The notes beneath the pieces were generated by a model. That model did no database searches, was not told where the DNA came from, and saw only the letters and a program-made list of their open reading frames with translations. From assembly GCA_964016885.1 (NCBI GenBank), contig OZ024747.1, positions 70,370,001 to 70,434,000 of the forward strand: a DNA stretch of 64,000 nucleotides. Direction: 5' to 3'. This DNA comes from Eledone cirrhosa (taxonomy: Eukaryota). The stretch's first letter is position 1. Every line of letters begins with the position of its first letter. Both the position numbers and the translations under genes were made by a program. Positions 55,081-64,000 of this stretch are shown here, one piece after another.

Positions 55081-56810
55081 CAATATATTATAGTTTTATA
55101 AATAGATATTGACGTACCCCTTTAAAAATTGACCGTTGTTTTTGGAGGCCATCAGGATAGTGATTTGTTTACTTTAGTAAGTCATAGTGTTAAAAGTAAG
55201 TCAAAAGATGGAAAGAGAGAGAGAAACGTGGACAAAAGAAAGGGAGAGATAGATAAAGAAAAAGAAGAAAGCAAAAAGAAAAGAGAACAGAGGGAAAAAT
55301 AACGGGGAGATATCAAACCATCAGACAGAGAAAAAATCCAGAGAGAGATATATAGAGATAGAGAGAGGGGGGAGAGAACGAAAACCTTAAGTTATGTCAT
55401 ATTAAGTTGAATTAACAATTGGGATGAAAAGCATAAATAAAATTAGAAATATTAATATTCATGAATGGAATATAGATATATAATATGAGAAATTACACAT
55501 TGTTTAATTATGATTATATATTTAGTTTAAAATTGAGATTAATATATTAAAAATTGGAATTTAAACATTATAAAATATATATATTGCTAGAGAGATTATC
55601 TATCGTATATTACATACACATAGGCAAAAGTATATACATATACATATATACACACTCACTCAGAAATTACACATTATATCTACTCCCGCACATAATATAT
55701 ATATACAAAGCATAAGTGATTTTTATTTATTGCCATACATTCCATGTGTTATTAATTAAAAATTAAAAGTTTTTAGTATATATATTTAAATATATAGGAT
55801 TAACATTCATGCATTTATGGCTGTTAAGTTATGCATATCTGCAATAAAAAACTGCATGTGTAAGCCTGTACATTCACATCCATAATTCTTAGCTATACAT
55901 GAATAGATATGTGTGTGCATCTTCAATTGGTATACACGCGTCACTCATGCATATATACAGACAGACATATAATCATAAAAAAGCATATAACACATGTATA
56001 TGTATGTCAACACACACATATAGATACATTAGCCGTATATAGACATATGTATACATCAACATATAACATAGTACAATTGAGTATATAAAATACAAAAGGA
56101 TTATATTTTGGAAATATAATTATATCAATATAACTTAAAAAGCAAACGAATTCTACAAATATCAAAATTCCAAAATATCCCAAAATATTATACAATATTT
56201 TAAGTTAAAATAATATGTTTGATATATTTAGTATAGAAATTAATCTTACGTATATTTTAATCAAGATATTGAAAGGACAAACTTTTGAAAATTATGAGAA
56301 GCTATCAGAATAAAAAATAAATCTAATAAAAATTATGAGAAGCTATCAGAATAAAAACAAATCTAATAAAACCAAATCTAATAAAAACAATAAATAAAAT
56401 GAATCTAATAAAAAAATAAATAAAATGAATCTAATAAAAATAACAAGTAAAAAGTAAAAAATAAAATATTATATCAATATAACTTAAAAAACAAGGATTC
56501 TACAGATATCGAAAAAAAAAAAAAATTTTTTTAAATTTAAAAAATGTTTAATAATATTTTTAAAACTCTTAAAATATTATAGAATATTTTAAGCTAAAAT
56601 AATATGTTTAGTATAGAAATTTATCTTACGTATATTTTATTCAAGATATTGAAAGGATAAACTTTTCTAGAATAGTTTATTATATTTATAATTATATTTA
56701 TGAAGAAAATTTATACTTGGGTACTTAACCAAAGAAAATGAAAAAGGTGAAGGAATCTAATGATTTATCGACAGGTTACATATATTAACTAAATTACTTA
56801 ATTAATTAAA

Positions 56811-58523
56811 CTACATTTTAAATTTATATTTATATTTAAACGTTGAGTTCAATCTATGTCTGCAGCAACTGAATAAATTATTTCTTAAATTAAGGGAACT
56901 TTTGGTCTTTAATATAAAAAATATTTCCTCTATACAAAGGTCACAATTTTCTGAAGAGGAATTAAAAGGAGTAGCTTATGAAATAATATTCCAAATCAGC
57001 GAATATTCAACATTATCTCGTTTTAGGTCCCATAATAGGCTAGATAGCGAAGTTGAAGATTTTTTGTTTGGATCTGTAAAAGAATTTTTATGATTATTGA
57101 AGCGGGATTTAAATTCTGTAGAGGTAGAACCGACATAGTTAAATGAATTTAAATTAGTTTTAACATTACAATTATAAACTACATTTTTAGCTAAGCAGTT
57201 GTTATTTAACGGACAGTTGGATTTATTTCTACAGTTAGTTATTCGATTGAATATTGTTTGGGTTATTATTGGTATTTTGGTTAGGTTTTAAATTTCTATT
57301 ATTAATTCTATTAATATTTTGCGCTAAATTTTTGGTGGAAGAGTAGGTTAATTTTATAGTATGTCTATTAAAAATTGAGTAATATTTATGTGTTCTAGGG
57401 AATCGTTTGTCAAGAGCTTTAAAGAATAGTTTAGCAATAGGGGTTTTAATATTTAGTGAGAAAGGGGGAGCGAACCATAATATATTCCTAGTTCTATTTC
57501 TTTTTCGGCTTTCGGACTTATAGTAATATTTTCTATTATGGTTGTTGAAATTGTTACCATAATTAAAGTTGTTATTATTTTGGTTATTTTGTATATTATT
57601 ATTATTATCGATGTATTTAATTTTATTTCTATACCCAGCTCTACCTAACGCTTCATTGTAATAATGCGTTTTTTCATCAAATATATTCTTATTAGATGAA
57701 ATTCTTGAAATTCGTTCTTGAACAGAGTTCACTATCGTATTTTTAACGGATCTGGGGTGATTAGAGTTAAAATTGACATAATTTAAGTTCTCATTTAGTT
57801 TGTGAAATGGATAATGAAGACATGTGTTGAGATTTAGTGTTATATCTAGAAAATTGACTATTTTATGGTTATTCTCTATTTCTACTTTTAGATTAAGGTA
57901 ATTAAAAAATTGTATGATTTGTTTTCTTTTTCTATTTAGTTCACAGCTATTATTTTTACAGCTATTATTATTAAAAGCATGTCGTCACGATATAAGCCTC
58001 CGGTTACATCTGGTATTTTTCTATGTAGATAATTAATTATAAATAGGCCCACAAGGTCCGTTACCTGAGCTGAGACTGAAGATCCCATAGTTATGTCGAA
58101 ATTATTATTTCTATCTGCCCTAGTCCAGAGTTGGTTATTAAATTCTATTAATGTTTTCCATGCCGATAATATAATGTGCATTTCATTGCTAGTTAGGTCT
58201 GTATGTTTAAATGCGTAAGTTAGTGCCTTATTCAGTAGATTAGGAGTGATAGATGAGTAGTAGTTAGCAATATCCAACTGAATAAACTTATTATTATAGT
58301 TATATTTAATTTCTTTAAACCAATCGATAACCTCACTAGTCCCTTTCCATAATTTTAAGTAAGATAAATTAGGTAAATTCTTAATTTGTTGTATTACTCT
58401 GTCTAGAATATTTTTGCTAAGTCTACCCAGGTCAGATTTAGATGGTGCAATTAATCTGACTGGTAAATCATTTTCAAAGTTTCTTTTATGATCCTTCATA
58501 TTGATCTTAGGTTTCCTTGGCAT
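56811..58523 (-). pseudogene. PLE polyprotein: RT, linker, Cys motif, C-terminal GIY-YIG (frameshifts and one stop)
   Basis: KDHK..VRLIAP, FIQLDIANYYSSI, FDITMGS, GLYRDD; then NCRNKSNCPLNNNCLAKNVVY...YVGSTSTEFKSRFNNHK...CDLCIEE...LN.R..CRH. Confidence 0.9.
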
Positions 58524-58888
58524 GAATTTTATTTATGCTTTTCATCCCAATTGTTAACTCAACTTAATATGACATAACTTAAGGTTTTCGTTCTCTCCCC
58601 CCTCTCTCTATCTCTATATATCTCTCTCTGGATTTTTTCTCTGTCTGATGGTTTGATATCTCCCCGTTATTTTTCCCTCTGTTCTCTTTTCTTTTTGCTT
58701 TCTTCTTTTTCTTTATGTATCTCTCCCTTTCTTTTGTCCACGTTTCTCTCTCTCTTTCCATCTTTTTACTTACTCTTAACACTATGACTTCCTAAAGTAA
58801 ACAAATCACTATCCTGATGGCCTCCAAAAACAACGGTCAATTTTTAAAGGGGTACGTCAATGTCTGTTTATAAAACTCTTATATATTG

Positions 58889-58953
58889 TATTTTGTCTGA
58901 TGAAGGCATACCATAATGTAACTTGGTATCCTTGAAATATATATAATAAAATA
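58889..58953 (+). ncRNA. Hammerhead ribozyme (family I), inverted pLTR copy
   Basis: Mirror of 55016-55080. Confidence 0.8.
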
Positions 58954-59084
58954 AATATGGTTTTATAAATATAGTTTCCATTTATTAATATCGTATAACT
59001 ACTCCAAATATTTGTCGAGTGCTTTATATCAGTTATAAAAATATTTGCTTGTTGTATCCCAAAAATTTAAATAAAACTTTTGCA

Positions 59085-59135
<51 letters not shown>

Positions 59136-59319
59136 ATATATATATATATGTATATATATACATTTATATATATATATGTATATATATATGTGTATATATA
59201 TATATTTATATATATATATGTATATATATGTATGTATATATATATATATGTATATATATATATGTATATATATATATGTATATATATATTTATATATATA
59301 TATGTATACATATACGCAA

Positions 59320-59750
59320 AAACTAAGGTTGCCCCCCCCCCTTGTCGAGCCCCACGTGGGTTTTGATAACGGTCAGTCCTTCGTTTGGCATTTGAACTAA
59401 AAGCCTGTTGAGAAAGTGACTTCCTTGTTCGATCATCTTACCAAAATCTTAACATTATTTTTCTAAGCAGACAGTACTTGACTTAGGAGTTGCAGAGACC
59501 CAAATGCTGGATTTTACCAACCTTCCAGGGGTCCGGGTATAATTTTCAATAATATTTTATTTGTTTGACCTGAATTACTTGGTCGTTTCTATGGCTGTGC
59601 GGATAATGGTTTAACCATCGTCTCCGTGTGTTTGGCCTTTTAACTTATGTTGCTCTAGTCCACTAGCTTCTATGGAGCGCTTGCCACACATCTCGCAAAT
59701 TGTTTTTCGCTAATTTCCAATAGCCGAAATACGATTCTCGCTAATTTATA
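59320..59750 (-). mobile_element. Unclassified retroelement fragment between TA arrays
   Basis: TICEMCGKRSIEASGLEQHK zinc-finger-like peptide followed by a UTR with a terminal hairpin. Confidence 0.3.
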
Positions 59751-59752
59751 TT

Positions 59753-59804
<52 letters not shown>

Positions 59805-59840
59805 TATATATTTAAGTATATATATATATATATATATATA

Positions 59841-60223
59841 TTAATAAAAGGAATTCCAACTTTGTCTGATTTACTCGTTTTATTTACAATCCTTTAAAAT
59901 TTATAATGGTATTATAATGAAATAGTATGGTAGAATATTAAATGTTAAGTGTTAATTGAACAAGTACTTTCATGCTTTCGCAATCTTCAGGTTCATAATG
60001 TGTGGTGACAGTCAAGTTTGCAATTTTCAACTGTTGAAAATTGCAAACTTGACTGTCACCACACATTATGAACCTGAAGATTGCGAAAGCATGAAAGTAC
60101 TTGTTCAATTAACACTTAACATTTAATATTCTACCATACTATTTCATTATAATACCATTATAAATTTTAAAGGATTGTAAATAAAACGAGTAAATCAGAC
60201 AAAGTTGGAATTCCTTTTATTAA
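59841..60223. repeat. Perfect 383-bp palindrome (191-bp arms, 1-nt centre at 60032) in (TA)n
   Basis: Arms are exact reverse complements by eye; each holds a family J HHR. Confidence 0.95.
60069..60107 (+). ncRNA. Minimal hammerhead ribozyme (family J); mirror at 59957-59995 on minus
   Basis: UGAAC-CUGAAGA-U-UGC(GAAA)GCA-U-GAAA-GUAC-UU-GUUCA, palindromic stem III AGUACU. Confidence 0.8.
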
Positions 60224-60257
60224 TATATATATATATATATATATACTTATATATATA

Positions 60258-60348
<91 letters not shown>

Positions 60349-60941
60349 TTATATATATATATATATATATATACAGAGAGAAAGAGAGGAGAAAGAAAGA
60401 AAGAAAGAAAGAGGGGAAAATAATGATAAAAAGAGAGAGAGAGAGTAGGGGGAACCAAACTGTGGACAGGGGTTGCTGGAAATAATTTTTCCACGAAGAG
60501 TTTGAAATATTATAGATTCACCATAAATTTCTATTCATTAGAATAAAATAAGAGAATAGGCACTAACGGAGACCTTTACACCTAGAAAGTTCCTTTCCTT
60601 TGACAAATATTCTTTTTGCAGTACAAAAACATATTTTGTAGTCGATAATTATGTATATTAAACGAAAGTAATTCACTGTTTTCTCTGAGCGACCGTATAT
60701 GTGTGCGTGTATGGCTGTTAGCATAAATGCTAAACTATACCTTTGAGAACATATCATAAACCTAATGGGCAATATTACATAGAATAACACATATATTTTA
60801 AATTATGTTTTATGGGTGTGTATTTATATCTGCATCTTTTCTTTGTGGGTAGTCTTTTATATATACGAAAATATATACAAGAATAATGCATCATTCATTT
60901 TTTCAGAGGAATGAGTATAATACACATGCACACACAGACGT

Positions 60942-61001
<60 letters not shown>

Positions 61002-61031
61002 GCAGACACACACACATATATATATATATTT

Positions 61032-61068
<37 letters not shown>

Positions 61069-63011
61069 GTTATAATCATGTGTAAGTCTTCATGAATTAT
61101 ATGCCTGTAAAACTTAACTGGTATATGAACACATACATAAGCCTTCCCTATATATTTCTTATTCACGTGTCAGTAATGGTCTCAGCGAAAGAAGTCACTA
61201 AATGCCCCCTTACTAATAGCTCTTTTGTTCCGATGTGTCTGAAACGTTTACTTCTTCTCATGAATATCTTACTTTTCCTCTTTTTATTCGTAAATACTAA
61301 CCATAAAATAGATTCTAAAAAAGTCGAAAGCCTGATTTTATACCAAAGAATAATTGTTTCGTTTGTCGTAAAGAAAGCCTGAATTGTGTTGCAAATATCT
61401 GTCTATTTTCGTGTTTTATGGTGATTGTTTGCAGATAAGCCAGCGAGAACCATCTATTTTTTACACATTCTATAGCAAGAGTATATCAGAGAAAATGAAC
61501 GTTGTAAATATTTTTTCCTTTGCTTTTCTTTCCTTTTCATTGATTTGTTCTCACCTCTAGAGAAACATTTTATTAGGAATGCCACACTTGCGGAGAACCC
61601 ATTAATTTTCACTCAATAAACAATATGATATGATACTGGCTCCATTGCCATATTTTGATGGACAACACAACCGTCTGTTTGTTTGTTAGCTAAATAGATA
61701 TGACCAGCTGTTAAGTAACAAATCTGAAATTTACTTCTCCTCATGAAACATCTATGTTTTCCTGAATCCTTAGAAAACAACACTATTTAACAGTGATTCT
61801 AGAATTTTGCCGATGGACATATTTTCATCCAATAACTAAAAGCGACACGGTCAGAAAAAAAGAAACTAGCCTAAATTCCAAATCAAAACTTACCGAAACT
61901 TGTAAGCAACTAGAAAAATAATTAAGATGGGGGAGACCGAAGAATCTGTAAATACATATGAAATATACAAGTGCTGTATCGGTGTTTCCTAAAGAGAGGT
62001 TGTTAAGTGGGAAGAAAGAAATACACATTGGTCTGACATGAGAGAAATGAAAAAGAAGGAAGGTGGAGAGAGGAAATAACGATAAAGAAGAGAAAGAAAC
62101 GTTAAGAATTGCTGAGAAAAATAAATTTACAGGAAGAGATGGATGTAAAATAAACAGAAAGTGAGCCAGAATAATTACCAGAGAAAGAGGCGGATAATAA
62201 GATTGAAGGGAGACTCCAAGTGAGAAGAAGAGATTTCCTCGCTATTTGCAAATAAAGCTGGTTTGGAGAAAGTGTGATTAGAAAAAGTGTCTGTTATTAT
62301 AGCCGGCAGCAATACTAATACACTAGTCTCGTTACACCAGTCAGAAACAACGTGTTAACACTAGAAATGGTGATAAACATATTGGGTCTCAGTAGTGCAT
62401 GACCCGGTGTTTCATACCAGCAAACGACTAACTACTAGCATGAAATCGGTACTTCCAGAAAGGAAGGAGTCGATATTTTACTCTTGCCTTTGCTATTCTT
62501 TTATTTCTCTTTCTAGGTGACCGGATCTTGAACAATACATCGAAACATCTAGAGGAAATTACTTTTCTATTTCCTCTACATCATTATTTCCTTTTTTTTT
62601 TTTTTTTTGGTTTTCTTTCTTTTTCTGAATGTAATTTAAAACGAATTTGACACTCATTTTCCTGTTTTTCTTGAATGGTGTTTTTAATTTGAATTCGAAA
62701 TGTCTGCCTCGGTCAACAAGATCAGCTTGCGGAAACGGTACAAGTTAGCAGACTAAAAGGAGGATGTTTGGCACCAGTTGTAGTAGTGTATCCAATTGAT
62801 CACTCTGACCAATGTCTCAGGACAACAGCAACAAAATACTTTCAGTACTATTTATTCAGTGCCTACATCTCTCATCATTCGTTAACGTAACAAATCACAT
62901 ATGTGACAACTGCTAAAGCAATACGAAAACAAACGAAATGGCAATATTAAGTGGGAAAACAAAAGCTTAAAAATCAACATCAAAAGGAAATTCAAAGGAA
63001 CTGATGACAAC

Positions 63012-63215
63012 AATAATGGTTTCTAATTTCGGCACAAGGCATGCAATTTTTTATGTGTATAGTTAAAAGTCAATTCACTCAACCCAAATTGACTGGTACT
63101 ATATTTTATCGTCGATTCCCGAAAAGTAAAAGGCAAAGTTGACCTCGGAAAGATTTGAGTTTAGAATATAAAGAGTCGGATGCAATAATACTGGGCATTT
63201 TGTCCGGCGCTTATA
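63012..63215 (-). mobile_element. tRNA-derived SINE (Meta-domain-like)
   Basis: GGCACAAGG...ACTGGTACT.TATTTTATCG...AAAGGCAAAGTTGACCTCGG. Confidence 0.7.
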
Positions 63216-63599
63216 GAAGAGGTTAGTAGCTGAAATAGACACTGAATAAACGAAATTGTATATATATATATATATATATAAACATGAGAAGAATAAATAC
63301 TGCGTGGTTGCACATGGGTTACATATGATAAAAATAGTCTATATATATATATATGTATGATAACCGATGATAGCTGACACTTCTTTACATAAGACAGCCA
63401 TCTCTTCAACAAATTCCCTGCTATTATGAACCACCGCCAACTGTAGGCTGCTGGCCACATTGAAGACTGAACAGGCTTTGTTAATGTCAACTTTTCTAGG
63501 TATGGGTGAGCTTAGGCTTTTGAAAAAAATATCATTTAAAAAAACTCTTTTGCTGTAGTTTGAAAATGTTTTATAAAAGAAAAATGCATGAAATATTAA

Positions 63600-63960
63600 T
63601 GTTTGATTGCTAGAGTTATCGTAATATCGAATGGACCTCCGTCAGTTTCGACGTTCAGTGTCATAGTTGTTCGGAATAGCCTGCTCATGAGTTAACGTGT
63701 AAGTGTCTGATCATTCCATGAACACGTGTACCCTTAGTGTAATTGTCAAAGAGATGCAGCATGACAATATGTGACAAAGCTAGTCCTTTGAATTACAGGT
63801 ACAGTTTATTCGACGGCTTCCAATCAATTTCTCTATAGCCAATCTTAGTCACAAGTGAAAAGATGACCAATAGTGAATATGATTTACCCAAACTACTAAG
63901 TAGTGGGGTCGAACACGGAACCTAATGATTGCGAAACGAACTTTGTAGCCATGCAACTAC
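63600..63960 (-). mobile_element. Old tRNA-derived SINE (second type)
   Basis: Minus strand GTTCGTTTCGCAATCATTAGGTTCCGTGTTCGACCCCACT head; similar to 30236-30545. Confidence 0.55.
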
Positions 63961-64000
63961 ACTATGTTCACTATCGCCATTTAATGCAGTGTAAGTCGGG

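Larger units (their letters stand above)
54973..59083 (-). mobile_element. 5'-truncated Penelope-like element (family I) with about 470-bp inverted pLTRs, in (TA)n
   Basis: 54973-55444 is the reverse complement of 58525-58996. RT plus GIY-YIG relic lies between; HHR in both repeats. Confidence 0.95.

Overview
AT-rich eukaryotic intergenic or intronic DNA, most likely from an octopus (inferred from the SINE types and the extreme (TA)n/(CA)n content). No host gene was recognised; the many YI/HT/CV-repeat ORFs are microsatellite artefacts. The window consists mostly of transposon-derived sequence: a Tx1-like LINE with a nested RTE, RTE 3' ends and bipartite RTE derivatives, an R4/Dong-like 3' end, CR1-group fragments, a Chapaev3 DNA transposon (CAC...GTG, TTA TSD), a mariner relic, a non-autonomous Helitron and tRNA-derived SINEs. 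The main signal is a dense set of Penelope-like elements (PLEs) and short non-coding derivatives sitting in (TA)n tracts. By manual folding they carry about 10 sequence-distinct type I hammerhead ribozyme (HHR) families, about 15 copies with a recognisable core plus 3 damaged ones. Two families use the rare compensatory U3-A8 core (UUGANAA). Many inserts are head-to-head inverted repeats with 3' ends pointing out into (TA)n, and in one family the breakpoints fall inside the ribozyme stems. Folds, coordinates and clade assignments were made by eye and need computational confirmation.
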